This document shows positions 37,215-47,995 of a stretch of DNA of 64,000 bases, piece by piece. The translations under genes were made by a program, and so were the position numbers. The stretch is from positions 16,385 to 80,384 of the forward strand of contig CALVQK010000005.1 in assembly GCA_944358305.1 (NCBI GenBank), in the 5' to 3' direction. Numbering within the stretch: the stretch's first letter is position 1; every line of letters begins with the position of its first letter. Below the pieces are notes generated by a model, which worked only from the letters and a program-made list of their open reading frames with translations, was not told where the DNA came from and did no database searches. This stretch comes from an uncultured Bacilli bacterium. Its GTDB lineage: Bacteria; Bacillota_I; Bacilli_A; RF39; UBA660.

Positions 37215-39077
37215 GTGAATGTAATGAAAGAAGCAATAAAGAAAAATAAGAAATATATAATAATAGGGCTTGTAATAATAATTCTTCTTTTAATAGGAAT
37301 AGCATTCGCTTACCTAACAACAACACTACAAGGAGATAAAGAATATTTAGTAAGAGCAGGAACATTAGACCTAGTATTAGATGAAGGAAATGAACTTGCT
37401 TTAGAGAAACAAATACCACTTTCAGATAATGAAGGAATGAATCTTAATGGTTTTAGCTTTAGTATAGTAAATAATGGAAAGATAGATACAGATTATACAA
37501 TTTATTTAGATGATATGGAATTAAGTGAAGGAGAAAGTAGAATACCAGACTCTAGTATAAGATATAGTCTAACAAAAAATGATGAAACATTTATGACTAG
37601 GAATATGACAACCATGGGAAGTAATCCAAATAGAAGAGTAGACTTTGGAACAATCGCACCTGATGAAACTATTAACTACACCTTAAAGATCTGGATAGAC
37701 TATGATGCAACAACTGAAGAAGCAAGTGGTAAAGTATTTAAAGGGAAGTTAAGAGTAGTAGCAACTCAATCAGTAGGAGAAGCAGCAGGTACAGTATTAC
37801 TTGATAATATTCCAGAAGAAAACCAATATGATGATGGAACAGATACTTTTATTACAGGAGAAGATCCAGATAATTACATTTGGTATTCTGGTAAACTATG
37901 GAGAGCAGTATCAGTTAATAATGAAGCAAAGACAGTAAAATTAGTAACTCATGGGAATATAAGTTTTATGTCATATGATGACGATAGTACTGCTTTTGAA
38001 GGTAGTTATATGGAAGAGTGGTTAAATGATACAACAGTAGATGGTTTTCTTGGTAATTTAAGAAATTATGAAAACTTTATAGTAACCGATGCAAAGTGGG
38101 ATGCCACTGAGGATAATAGAGAATTAGGTAATATAACAAGACCTAATGGGACTACAATTGTGACAGATGCTGTAGGGTTACTTAACATATATGAATACCA
38201 GATGAGTTACAGAGGAGCTGATTATAGTAATGGATATTTAAATAATGGACTTGACTGGTGGATTATTACTCCTTATAGCTCAGTATATCCTAGATGCATT
38301 GCTAGTGGAGGAAATAGTAGTAATGTCTCTAATTTGAATTATAGATATGGAATTCGTCCAACAATAAATTTAAAAAGTGATGTAAAGATAGTATCAGGGA
38401 ATGGAACAGAAGACGATCCATATAGATTAATGAGCGATAGTGATGAAGACTTATCAGGTGTTAAGTTAAATACAAGATACAGTGGAGAATATATTCGTTT
38501 TGGAACAGGAGAAAATTATTTGTATAGAATAGTAAGTCATGAAACAAGAGGCTTAACAAAAATAACCAGTGCTGAACCATTAAAAGAAAATGGTGTATTT
38601 AAAACTATTTCTTTTGGCAATGATACCTATTATTCTAGTACTAATACTATTGGAACCTTTTTAAATGGTGAATATTTATCTTCTTATATCGATAGTAATC
38701 ATATTAATATGATAGAAGATAGTAGTACTTGGTATTTGGGAGAAGTGCGCAGTAGAGCGAGTTATAAACTAGCCAAATATGCTAATTATGATATGGCAAA
38801 CTATGCTAAGAGCACTAATGCAAAAATCGGTTTATTGAGATTTGGAGAATTAATGTCAGGACAATTCAATGTTTTTAGTAGTAATACTGATTATTGGTTA
38901 TTAACTCCATTTGAAAATGGACTCAATTATGTTAATGTGTATTCTGGGAATACAACAAATCCCAATCCGTATAATAATTATTTTGGTATTAAACCATCTC
39001 TAAACCTAAAATCAAATGTCATCATAATATCTGGCATAGGTACGAAAGAAGATCCATTTATTATTACTTTATCATAA
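37215..39077 (+). CDS. Paralog of the DGR target family: SipW-cognate/TasA-like N-terminus plus two DUF1566-like modules each ending in (I/V)RPxINLKSxV..SGxGTxxDP.
   Basis: LIGIAFAYLTTTLQGDKEYLVRAGTLDLVLDEGNELAL resembles the TasA signal/N-domain. WWIITPYSS..YGIRPTINLKSDVKIVSGNGTEDDPY and YWLLTPFENG..FGIKPSLNLKSNVIIISGIGTKEDPF repeats. Confidence 0.6.
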   Translation: MNVMKEAIKKNKKYIIIGLVIIILLLIGIAFAYLTTTLQGDKEYLVRAGTLDLVLDEGNELALEKQIPLSDNEGMNLNGFSFSIVNNGKIDTDYTIYLDDMELSEGESRIPDSSIRYSLTKNDETFMTRNMTTMGSNPNRRVDFGTIAPDETINYTLKIWIDYDATTEEASGKVFKGKLRVVATQSVGEAAGTVLLDNIPEENQYDDGTDTFITGEDPDNYIWYSGKLWRAVSVNNEAKTVKLVTHGNISFMSYDDDSTAFEGSYMEEWLNDTTVDGFLGNLRNYENFIVTDAKWDATEDNRELGNITRPNGTTIVTDAVGLLNIYEYQMSYRGADYSNGYLNNGLDWWIITPYSSVYPRCIASGGNSSNVSNLNYRYGIRPTINLKSDVKIVSGNGTEDDPYRLMSDSDEDLSGVKLNTRYSGEYIRFGTGENYLYRIVSHETRGLTKITSAEPLKENGVFKTISFGNDTYYSSTNTIGTFLNGEYLSSYIDSNHINMIEDSSTWYLGEVRSRASYKLAKYANYDMANYAKSTNAKIGLLRFGELMSGQFNVFSSNTDYWLLTPFENGLNYVNVYSGNTTNPNPYNNYFGIKPSLNLKSNVIIISGIGTKEDPFIITLS

Positions 39078-39092
39078 TAAAAAGAATTTCTG

Positions 39093-39794
39093 TTATTTAG
39101 AAATTCTTTTCTTATGAATTAATATAGGTAATTTGACTTTAGGTGTAACTTGGTTATTTATTATTTCTACTTCATCTTGATATTCTTCTTTGATAGCAGA
39201 ACAGAAGTCTACTGCCCAATAATCTCCAAACCAGTGGGGATACTTTTCTGTACTATGATCACAATTACAAAAAGCGATTAGTAGGTTTTTATTTTCTTCT
39301 ATACCTTTTAAAGTCATATCAATAGAAGCTTCACATGGATATAAGCCAAATATAGTGTCTATACTTTTAATATTGGTACTTTCTGTAAATTTATCTTTAA
39401 CTATTTTAATCTTTTTATCTATACTAAATACATCTCTTTTTTCGTATATTGTTAAATTATAATCATTAGTTTTATGATTATCTCTTATAATTTCTGCAAG
39501 CCTTGGATAAGGCCCACTTCCTACTTCTAAGATATTTCCTTTGATAAAACCTAGTTGTTCAAGTAATTGATAAAATTTAAAGTATATATCATTTCCTTGC
39601 TTTAAAATGCCAAATTTTGAAGCAAGAGCGGCCATTTCTGTGTGCATAATATTTTTAGCATTTAAAAGTTGATCAAAAAGAAAAGTAAAATAGAGCATTT
39701 CAAATTCTTGATCATGATATAACTTATCATTTTCTAATATAAATTTAATAATATTTTCTTTTTCTTTAAAATATTTTTCCTCATCAATAACCAT
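39093..39794 (-). CDS. Hypothetical protein, possibly a class I SAM-methyltransferase-like fold.
   Basis: ILEVGSGPYPRLAE resembles MTase motif I. Otherwise unassigned. Confidence 0.3.
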   Translation of the reverse strand: MVIDEEKYFKEKENIIKFILENDKLYHDQEFEMLYFTFLFDQLLNAKNIMHTEMAALASKFGILKQGNDIYFKFYQLLEQLGFIKGNILEVGSGPYPRLAEIIRDNHKTNDYNLTIYEKRDVFSIDKKIKIVKDKFTESTNIKSIDTIFGLYPCEASIDMTLKGIEENKNLLIAFCNCDHSTEKYPHWFGDYWAVDFCSAIKEEYQDEVEIINNQVTPKVKLPILIHKKRISK

Positions 39795-39924
39795 TTTTAT
39801 AGTCCCCCTTTTTGATGGGACATATTATATCATAATTTAAGTAAAATGGCAAATAAATAAGACATTAAGACTTGACGATTACTTTAATTTTTACTATTCT
39901 ATATTATGTAGATAGGAGATATTT

Positions 39925-40461
39925 ATGGAGATAAAAAAGATAGTAACAGGTGCATTAGAAGAGAATTGTTATGTTTTAAGTAAGGATGGTACATGTTTAA
40001 TTGTAGATCCTGGAAGTGATAGTAAAAATATTAAGGAATTAGTTGGTGAAGATAAGATTATAGGAGTTTTAGTTACTCATGCTCATTTTGATCATATCGG
40101 AGCATTAAGAGATTTTTTAAATTCTAATAGAAGATTAAAAATATTTAAAAAAAGTAATCTTACTGATATGAAGGAAGTTGAAGTAGGGGCATTTAAATTT
40201 ATTCCTATTTTTACACCAGGACATAGCAGTGATTCAGTTACATTTTATTTTAAAGATGATAATGCAATGTTTGTAGGGGATTTTGTTTTTAGAGATACAG
40301 TTGGTCGTTGTGATTTACCTACTGGAAGTAGCAGTGAGATGGATAAATCTATTGAAAAAATAAAGACTTATGATGATAATATAAATTTATATCCAGGACA
40401 TGGAGATGAAACTACTTTAGGTAGGGAAAAGCAATATAATTTATATTTTATGGAAAAATAA
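39925..40461 (+). CDS. MBL-fold metallo-hydrolase.
   Basis: VTHAHFDHIG, GHS, GHG motifs. Confidence 0.75.
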   Translation: MEIKKIVTGALEENCYVLSKDGTCLIVDPGSDSKNIKELVGEDKIIGVLVTHAHFDHIGALRDFLNSNRRLKIFKKSNLTDMKEVEVGAFKFIPIFTPGHSSDSVTFYFKDDNAMFVGDFVFRDTVGRCDLPTGSSSEMDKSIEKIKTYDDNINLYPGHGDETTLGREKQYNLYFMEK

Positions 40462-40476
40462 AAAGGGGTGTAATTT

Positions 40477-40791
40477 ATGTATATAGATTTAGTGGTATTA
40501 GTAGTTTTAATTTTAATAGTTATAATGTATTTTAGACGCTTTTCAAGCTTTGTTTACTTTGTAGCGATTGTTGATATATTTTTAAGAATATTAACATTTA
40601 TTAAAAATAATATTGGTCTTCCTGACCTTGCTGCTGTTATTGATAATTATATACCTGAAAGTATTCTTGCGATTGTAGGTAATTATACTGATGGTATTCT
40701 TTACACTATTATTGCCTGGGCTTATATTGTGATAATGGCTATATTCTTATTTTATAATACTAAGTTCTTTATTAAAAAGAAAAAGATATAG
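40477..40791 (+). CDS. Small membrane protein (3 TM).
   Basis: Hydrophobic segments. ORF only. Confidence 0.35.
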   Translation: MYIDLVVLVVLILIVIMYFRRFSSFVYFVAIVDIFLRILTFIKNNIGLPDLAAVIDNYIPESILAIVGNYTDGILYTIIAWAYIVIMAIFLFYNTKFFIKKKKI

Positions 40792-40799
40792 GAGGGTTT

Positions 40800-41447
40800 A
40801 TGAAGAAAAATAATACTTGGATAAAAGTTGTCATTGCAATTATCATTTTAGAGTTAGTTGTTGGAGGTATTATATTTGCATATAAAAAACTAAATGCAGA
40901 AAATGATAATAATATTTCTACTGATGATAAAGAAGTGGTAGAGTTATATGAAAAGATTGCATATTATGATATAGAATCACTTGATGTGATGAGTCCTAGA
41001 GTTATGCTTTATTATGCTTATAAAAATATTGATGTTACAGGGTCTATAAATTGTGAAGTTGTTAATACAACCGATGATACTTCTGGATATAGTTGTGATG
41101 GTATTGTTGATTTTGTTTCTTATGATGCTTTAGCAGATGAAGTTAAAGATATATATGGGCCTACTGTTAATGTTGAAGCTGTATCTTTTGAAATAGATCC
41201 TAATCATTATGCCTTTTATGATGAAGAAAGAGGAGGCTATGCAATATATACGAAAGATGAAGAGGTTAGTGTAGATCCAGTTAATTTGAAGTTAAGTGAT
41301 GCTAATTTAGATGATGATGGAAATATTATTTTAACTGTAGAAATATTAAATGGTGTTTATGGTACTGTTGAAGATACATATAATTTTAATTTTACAAAAG
41401 ATGGAGATAATTATTATTTAACAAGTAAGGAGCTTGTTACAAGTTAG
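40800..41447 (+). CDS. Hypothetical membrane-anchored/exported protein.
   Basis: N-terminal TM helix, acidic body. Confidence 0.35.
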   Translation: MKKNNTWIKVVIAIIILELVVGGIIFAYKKLNAENDNNISTDDKEVVELYEKIAYYDIESLDVMSPRVMLYYAYKNIDVTGSINCEVVNTTDDTSGYSCDGIVDFVSYDALADEVKDIYGPTVNVEAVSFEIDPNHYAFYDEERGGYAIYTKDEEVSVDPVNLKLSDANLDDDGNIILTVEILNGVYGTVEDTYNFNFTKDGDNYYLTSKELVTS

Positions 41448-41895
41448 GAGGAGTTTTATGTTTGATAGAATTAAAGATGATATGATTAAAGCGATGAAAG
41501 AGAAAGATAAGTTTAAACTTTCTGTTATTAGAATGATTAAGGCATCTATTGATATGATGCGAATTGATAAAAAAATTGAGATTACTGATGAAGTAGTTAT
41601 TGATGTTCTTGCAAAAGAGCTTAAGACTCGTGAAGAGTCTAGATTAGAGTTTAGTAAAGCAGGAAGAAATGATTTAGTAGAAAATTTAGATAAAGAAATT
41701 GCAATAATTAAAGAATATTTACCAGAACCTTTAAGTGAAGAAGAAATAGATAAAATAATAGATGAGGCTTTCGATTTAACAGAAGCATCTTCTATTAAAG
41801 ATATGGGTAAAGTAATGAAGGAAGTTACTCCTAAAGTTAAAGGTAGATGTGATATGAAAGTAGTATCTAATAAAATAAAAGCGAAATTAAGTTAA
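41434..41895 (+). CDS. GatB/YqeY domain protein.
   Basis: MIKAMKEKDKFKLSVIRMIKA...YLPEPLSEEE typical of YqeY. Confidence 0.7.
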   Translation: MLQVRRSFMFDRIKDDMIKAMKEKDKFKLSVIRMIKASIDMMRIDKKIEITDEVVIDVLAKELKTREESRLEFSKAGRNDLVENLDKEIAIIKEYLPEPLSEEEIDKIIDEAFDLTEASSIKDMGKVMKEVTPKVKGRCDMKVVSNKIKAKLS

Positions 41896-41932
41896 AAAAA
41901 CTATCCTTTCTACATATTCTATAGAAGAAAGG

Positions 41933-42649
41933 ATGGTTTTTATTATGAAGATTATCGCTTATAAAAGTAATTTGTATAATAATAAAACCTTTATAGAGTC
42001 TGTTAATAGCATAGAAGGCTTAACTGGTGTTATGTTAGATATAGTGATGACTAGGGATAAACAAGTATTGGTGTTTTCGCCTGTTACTACTAATAAGATA
42101 ACTATTAATACAATACAAAATAATAATTTAAGTGAGTTAACTTATTATGATATTTTAACTTTAGGTGATGCTCTTACTATGTTAAATAACTTTGATGGAA
42201 AGATTATTATTAATTTACTGCCTTTGAATGAAGCTTTACTCATAGAAGACTATGAAAAGGTAATTTCTAATAATTTAAGTTATACTGAAGAAGTTAAGAA
42301 GGTAACAGATAAATTTCCTAATTTAAATATTTATGTTTGTAGTAGTAGTTATAATCTTTTGTATCAAATTATTAGAGTATTTACTAATAGAAAAAATGGA
42401 GTAGTACTAAGTGAAGATAGTGGTAGTTATATAGATGTAGATTTTTATATCTTTATACCTAGTATGTTAAATGAAAAGATAATGGCTGAACAGTTAAGTA
42501 TAGGTAAAGAAGTAATGGTTATAATGGAAGATGCTGATGATATATCTATAGTAATAAATTTTTTAGAAAAGAATAGAAAAAATAAAGAAAATTATCAATA
42601 TATTACAAATCATGCAAAAATATTTTATTATTCAGTTAATAATATATAG
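41933..42649 (+). CDS. Hypothetical protein (238 aa).
   Basis: ORF only. Confidence 0.3.
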   Translation: MVFIMKIIAYKSNLYNNKTFIESVNSIEGLTGVMLDIVMTRDKQVLVFSPVTTNKITINTIQNNNLSELTYYDILTLGDALTMLNNFDGKIIINLLPLNEALLIEDYEKVISNNLSYTEEVKKVTDKFPNLNIYVCSSSYNLLYQIIRVFTNRKNGVVLSEDSGSYIDVDFYIFIPSMLNEKIMAEQLSIGKEVMVIMEDADDISIVINFLEKNRKNKENYQYITNHAKIFYYSVNNI

Positions 42650-42677
42650 CGAAAAGGAAAGATAGGTAGATGTAGTT

Positions 42678-43652
42678 ATGAATAAAATTGAGATTTTTCA
42701 AGCGTTAGAGAAATTAGCTTTGCCAAAAGATAAATATATAGTAATTAGTGGTGCTTCTTTAGTATGTCAAGATTTACTTGATGAGACTGATGATATAGAT
42801 CTTGCTTGTTCTAAAGAATTTTTTGATGAGTTAGATTGGAAAGTAAGAGTGGAATATAATTCTTTGATTAAATATAAAGATATTTTTGATATTGATTATG
42901 ATTTATATGATTTAGATAATACTGTAGAAATTAATGGTTATAAATTTATGAATATAGAATCTTGTTATGAATTAAAAAAAGCTATGAATAAACCTAAAGA
43001 TAAGAAATTAATAAAAGAATTAGAATTAAAAGTATGTCTTAGTGATAATTATTACTTTGAAAGAAAATTAAGGAATACTGGCATTAACTTTATTGCAGGA
43101 GTTGATGAAGTAGGAAGAGGGCCTTTAGTAGGGCCTGTTGTCGCTGCCTGTGTTGTTTTACCAGAACATTTTAATTTAGATGGTTTAACTGATTCTAAAA
43201 AACTTAGTGAAAAGAAGCGAGAGTATTTTTACGATGAGATTATGAGGCAAGCCTTAGGAGTTGGGGTTGGAATAATATCAGAAAAAGTAATAGATGAAGT
43301 AAATATTTATGAAGCGACAAAGATGGCAATGAAGGAAGCGATTAATAATTGTTCTTGTAAAATAGAACATGTCTTAATAGACGCTATGAAGCTTGATATA
43401 TGTATTCCTACTACTTCTATTATTAAGGGTGATTTAAAAAGTATTACAATAAGCGCTGCTTCTGTTATTGCTAAAGTAACAAGAGATAGAATGTTAGATC
43501 AGCTTGATTTAAAATATCCAATGTATGATTTTAAAAATAATAAAGGTTATCCTACTAAGAAGCATTTAGAAGCGATAAAAAAATATGGCATAATAGATGA
43601 ACACCGGAGAAGTTATGGACCTGTTAGTGAATATTTGGAGTTGACAAAGTAA
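42678..43652 (+). CDS. rnhB: Ribonuclease HII with an N-terminal extension, as in Firmicute RnhB.
   Basis: [56 protein letters not shown]. Confidence 0.9.
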   Translation: MNKIEIFQALEKLALPKDKYIVISGASLVCQDLLDETDDIDLACSKEFFDELDWKVRVEYNSLIKYKDIFDIDYDLYDLDNTVEINGYKFMNIESCYELKKAMNKPKDKKLIKELELKVCLSDNYYFERKLRNTGINFIAGVDEVGRGPLVGPVVAACVVLPEHFNLDGLTDSKKLSEKKREYFYDEIMRQALGVGVGIISEKVIDEVNIYEATKMAMKEAINNCSCKIEHVLIDAMKLDICIPTTSIIKGDLKSITISAASVIAKVTRDRMLDQLDLKYPMYDFKNNKGYPTKKHLEAIKKYGIIDEHRRSYGPVSEYLELTK

Positions 43653-43691
43653 AAATTGTAAGGTATAAGTTTGTATGAAAGAAGGGATTAG

Positions 43692-45716
43692 ATGTCTAAA
43701 AACTTGGTAATTGTCGAAAGCCCTAGTAAAAGTAAAACTATTGAAAAATACTTAGGTAAAGATTATAAAGTAGTAGCTAGTCAAGGCCATATAAGGGATT
43801 TAGCGACTAGTGGACCTTTAGGGCTTGGTGTTGATATAGAAGATGGATTTAAACCTAATTATGTTCCTTTAAAGGGAAAGAAAAAGATTATTAGTTCTTT
43901 AAAAAAAGACGTGAAAGATGCAACTCATGTAATACTTGCAACCGACCCTGATCGTGAGGGAGAAGCGATTTCTTGGCATTTAAAAGAGTCTTTAGGAATT
44001 AATGATAAAGATTATGATAGAGTACTTTTTCATGAAATAACTAAAGATAAAGTACTTGATGCGATTAAACATCCTACTAAAATAGATGATAATTTAGTTA
44101 AGAGTCAAGAGACTAGGAGAATACTTGATAGAATAATAGGGTTTAGATTATCTAAACTTTTACAAGCGAAAATAAAAGCGAAAAGTGCAGGACGTGTTCA
44201 AAGTGTAGCTTTAAAACTTATTGTAGATAGAGAAAGGGAAATAGAAGCTTTTGTACCAGAAGAATATTTTACGATTACAGCTATTATTGAAGATACAGAG
44301 AGTTTGCTTTTTAAATATAAAGATGAAGAGATAAAACTACATAATGAAGCTGATGCTAATAAAGTATTAGAGGCTTTGGGTGATGATTATAATTTAAGTA
44401 GTATAGAGAAAAAGAAAAGAAAGAAAGCGAGTCGTGCTCCTTTTATTACATCAACTCTACAACAAGAAGCTTCTACTAAACTAGGTTTTACTGCTAAAAA
44501 GACTATGTCTATCGCTCAAAGACTTTACGAAGGTATAGATTTAGGTGATGAGACTGTTGGTCTTATTACTTATATGAGAACTGATTCTATTAGACTTTCT
44601 GATGAATTTGTAGGAAGTGCTTTTCATTATATTGAAGAGAACTTTGGTAAAAAGTATATTGGCTATACTAAACATGCTAAGAAGACAGATAATGTTCAAG
44701 ATGCTCATGAAGGAATTAGGCCTACTAGCATTTTAAGGGAGCCATTAAAAGTAAAACAGTATTTATCAAATGATGAATTTAAACTTTATAGTCTAATTTA
44801 TAAAAGAGCATTGGCATCACTTATGGCAGATGCTATTATGGATAGTACAACTTTAATATTTGATAATAATGATTATAAGTTTAAAGCGACTGGAAGTATT
44901 TTAAACTTTGATGGTTACTTAAAAGTATATAGTGATTATGAGAAAAATGAAGATAAAATTATTCCTGAACTTATAGAAGGTAATAATTATAAAGCTAGTG
45001 ATATACTAAGTGAGCAACATTTTACTAAACCACCTGCTAGATATACAGAAGCTAAATTAATTAAAGAGATGGAAGACTTAGGAATAGGACGCCCTTCTAC
45101 ATATGCTAAAACTATTGATACTATTAAAGAGAGAGGATATGTAAAGGTAGAAGATAAAAAGTTTGTACCTACAGAAATAGGTGTTGAGACAACTGATAAA
45201 CTCCAAGAGTTCTTTAGTGATATAATAAATGTAGAATACACTAAAAATATGGAAGAAGAACTTGATAAGATAGCAGAAGGTAATCTTGTTTGGAATGAAG
45301 TCTTAAAAGAGTTTTATGATGTTTTTGAACCTCGTGTTAAAAAAGCATTTAGTGATATGGAGAAAAAGGAAGCAGAAGAAACTGGAGAATTATGTCCAGA
45401 TTGTGGTAGTCCTTTAGTTAAAAGACAGGGGCGATATGGAGAGTTTGTGGCATGTTCTAATTATCCAGAATGTAAATATGTAAAAAAGGAAGAAAAACAA
45501 GTAATAGAAGTGTGTGATTGTCTAAAATGTGATGGAAAAATCTTAGAAAGAAAGACAAGACGTGGTAAAATATTTTATGGTTGTAGTAACTTTCCTAAGT
45601 GTAAAGAAGCTTTTTGGGATAAGCCAATAGGAGAAAAATGTCCTAATTGTGGAGGAATGCTTGTAGAAAAAAATAATACAATTAAATGTAGTAAATGTGA
45701 TTATGAGAAAGCCTAA
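43692..45716 (+). CDS. topA: DNA topoisomerase I with three C-terminal zinc ribbons.
   Basis: Toprim LVIVESPSK, DPDREGE. Active-site region YITYMRTDS. CPDCGS..C..C / CLKCDG..C..C / CPNCGG..C..C. Confidence 0.95.
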   Translation: MSKNLVIVESPSKSKTIEKYLGKDYKVVASQGHIRDLATSGPLGLGVDIEDGFKPNYVPLKGKKKIISSLKKDVKDATHVILATDPDREGEAISWHLKESLGINDKDYDRVLFHEITKDKVLDAIKHPTKIDDNLVKSQETRRILDRIIGFRLSKLLQAKIKAKSAGRVQSVALKLIVDREREIEAFVPEEYFTITAIIEDTESLLFKYKDEEIKLHNEADANKVLEALGDDYNLSSIEKKKRKKASRAPFITSTLQQEASTKLGFTAKKTMSIAQRLYEGIDLGDETVGLITYMRTDSIRLSDEFVGSAFHYIEENFGKKYIGYTKHAKKTDNVQDAHEGIRPTSILREPLKVKQYLSNDEFKLYSLIYKRALASLMADAIMDSTTLIFDNNDYKFKATGSILNFDGYLKVYSDYEKNEDKIIPELIEGNNYKASDILSEQHFTKPPARYTEAKLIKEMEDLGIGRPSTYAKTIDTIKERGYVKVEDKKFVPTEIGVETTDKLQEFFSDIINVEYTKNMEEELDKIAEGNLVWNEVLKEFYDVFEPRVKKAFSDMEKKEAEETGELCPDCGSPLVKRQGRYGEFVACSNYPECKYVKKEEKQVIEVCDCLKCDGKILERKTRRGKIFYGCSNFPKCKEAFWDKPIGEKCPNCGGMLVEKNNTIKCSKCDYEKA

Positions 45717-45768
45717 TTAGGTCTTTTTTTCTATACCTTTTTGGTATATAATATAATAAGGTGATAAT

Positions 45769-46641
45769 ATGAAGAATAGAAAAACTCCTTCTAGATATAA
45801 ATATCAAAAAGTAATAAGAAAGAAGAAGAGAAAGTTACGTCTTAGAAAATGGGTTATAGTTTGCTTTTTTATTTTCTTTTTGGGAGTTTTTCTGTTTTCT
45901 TTGTATCAATTATATGCTTGGTTTGTTGATAATAAAGAAATAGAGACAATGCAAGATGAGATTAAAGAGGAAGTTAAAGTAACAGAAAAAGAGGATACGG
46001 AGAATACAGAAACTGTTAATCCACCTGTCGATGAGAAAGATGATTATTGGGATTATATTAAAATGAATCTTTTAGAAGTTGATTTTAATGAGTTGCTTAC
46101 TAAAAATAGTGATACAGTTGGGTGGGTTCAAGTTAAAGGAACAAATATAAATTATCCTATAGTTCAAACTACAGATAATAGTTATTATTTATCTCATGCT
46201 TTCGATAAAAGTGTTAATGATGCTGGTTGGGTTTTTATGGATTATAGAAATGATGCTATTAATTTTAATCAGAATACAATAATTTATGCTCATAGTCGTT
46301 ATAATGGTACGATGTTTGGAAGTTTAAAGAATATTCTTAATAGTTCTTGGTATACCAATAAAGAAAATCATATTATAAGATTATCTACACCAACAGAGAA
46401 CACCATGTGGCAAGTATTTAGCGTTTATACTGTACCTAAGGAAAGTTATTATATTACACCAAGTTTTAATACAGAGGAAGAGTACTCAGAATTTTTGGAT
46501 ACTGTTAAAAGCAGAAGTGAAGTGGATTTTTCTGGTACTGTCAATACAAGTGATAAAGTGTTAACTCTGTCAACTTGTAAGGATAATTATGGTAATAGAA
46601 TCGTTATGCATGCTAAGTTAATTAAGAAAGAGACAAGATAA
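45769..46641 (+). CDS. Sortase (class B-like).
   Basis: N-terminal TM. Catalytic His region IIYAHS. LTLSTC with catalytic Cys. Conserved Arg region. Confidence 0.75.
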   Translation: MKNRKTPSRYKYQKVIRKKKRKLRLRKWVIVCFFIFFLGVFLFSLYQLYAWFVDNKEIETMQDEIKEEVKVTEKEDTENTETVNPPVDEKDDYWDYIKMNLLEVDFNELLTKNSDTVGWVQVKGTNINYPIVQTTDNSYYLSHAFDKSVNDAGWVFMDYRNDAINFNQNTIIYAHSRYNGTMFGSLKNILNSSWYTNKENHIIRLSTPTENTMWQVFSVYTVPKESYYITPSFNTEEEYSEFLDTVKSRSEVDFSGTVNTSDKVLTLSTCKDNYGNRIVMHAKLIKKETR

Positions 46642-46746
46642 GTAAAAAAAATGTAGCTTTTTATAGATTGACTTACTTTTAAATATTTAGTATGCTTATT
46701 ATGAAGATAGGAAAACTATCTAATATATTCAAAAAGAGGAGGAAAT

Positions 46747-47718
46747 ATGAAAAAAATTAATTTTTTTGCTACATTATTTATTGCTGTTTTTGCATTAGGT
46801 GTAGTAAATGTTAGTGCAAAGGAAATACCTGTTACTGATGAGGCAACATTTAGGGATGCTTTAAATTCAGCAGTTACAGGTGATACTGTTGTTCTTAATA
46901 ATAGTATTACGTTATCTAAAAAAGATAATTCTCCAGGTGTTGCTGATAAAGAGATTACTATTGATGGTAATGACTTTACTATTACAGGTTGGAGAGATGA
47001 AGCTGGTTCATTATCATCAGATCAAAGTATTATTACTGCTGGTGCTAATGGTATTGTTCATCTTAAAAATGTTACTTTAACAAATGCTCAAAAATATGGT
47101 GTACAAGCTTTTAATGGTGGTTATGTTAGTTTAGAAAATGTAACTATTAATGATTGCCGTTATGGAGGTATATTACTTAATGCGGGTACTATCGAAGTTA
47201 TTAGTTTAAATTTAGGTTTCAATGGTCAAAATCCTGATGGCCAAGGTGGAATCCTAAATAATGGTATTGAAGTATCAACATCAGTTAAATTAAATGAACC
47301 AAATGCTATACCTAGTATAATTATGAATGGTACTATAAATTCTACAGAAAAGGATAATGTAATTTATTTTGCATCAGATGCTAATGATAATACAAAAGGT
47401 TTTATTGTAGAAAATACTGATACTACTACTGATAAAATATTAGTAAATGGTACTACTGCTGTAATTACTGATGCTAATAATGAAGTAAAATATGAAAGTA
47501 ACGAATTAAAAGAAGGTACTGTTTTTGAAGGAGAAGATTATACTCCAAATATTGAAGTAACTGATCCAGTTGAACCAACTACTCCAAGTGAAGAAGCAAA
47601 TAGTGATACTAATGGTGAAGAAAATCCAGAAACTAGTGATGGAATCTTATTATTCTTAGGTTTAACAGTTGTTGGTTTTGCTGGTGTTGCTTTAACTTAT
47701 AAAAAACTTCATAATTAA
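46747..47718 (+). CDS. Cell-wall-anchored surface protein (beta-helix-like repeats) with a C-terminal NPETS sorting signal, TM and KK tail. Likely substrate of the adjacent sortase.
   Basis: Signal peptide. NVTLTNA/NVTINDC repeats. C-terminus EENPETSDGILLFLGLTVVGFAGVALTYKKLHN. Terminator at 47728..47760. Confidence 0.65.
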   Translation: MKKINFFATLFIAVFALGVVNVSAKEIPVTDEATFRDALNSAVTGDTVVLNNSITLSKKDNSPGVADKEITIDGNDFTITGWRDEAGSLSSDQSIITAGANGIVHLKNVTLTNAQKYGVQAFNGGYVSLENVTINDCRYGGILLNAGTIEVISLNLGFNGQNPDGQGGILNNGIEVSTSVKLNEPNAIPSIIMNGTINSTEKDNVIYFASDANDNTKGFIVENTDTTTDKILVNGTTAVITDANNEVKYESNELKEGTVFEGEDYTPNIEVTDPVEPTTPSEEANSDTNGEENPETSDGILLFLGLTVVGFAGVALTYKKLHN

Positions 47719-47995
47719 TAATAATTTAAGCATTGCTTTAGGCAATGCTTTTTTTCTAACAAAATTGTAAGAAAATAAACTTTGAAGTTATGCTATTATT
47801 TATTTAGGTGATAAATAATGAGACAAAGAATTAGAGATATAATATTTTTAATATTTGGGGTTAGTTTAACAATTATTTTCTTTACAATAGTTATACCTTT
47901 TCTTGTGATTATAGGTTTGATTAGAGTAATTTCTACTATCAGACACTTTAAAATTAGACATAAATATGCTAAAGTAAATACATAAGGATTGTGAT

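Noticed and set aside
42678-43652. RNase HII N-terminal 130-aa extension as a gene fusion or misannotation
   Set aside because: Firmicute RnhB proteins commonly carry an N-terminal extension. There is no internal stop or strong internal RBS to justify splitting.
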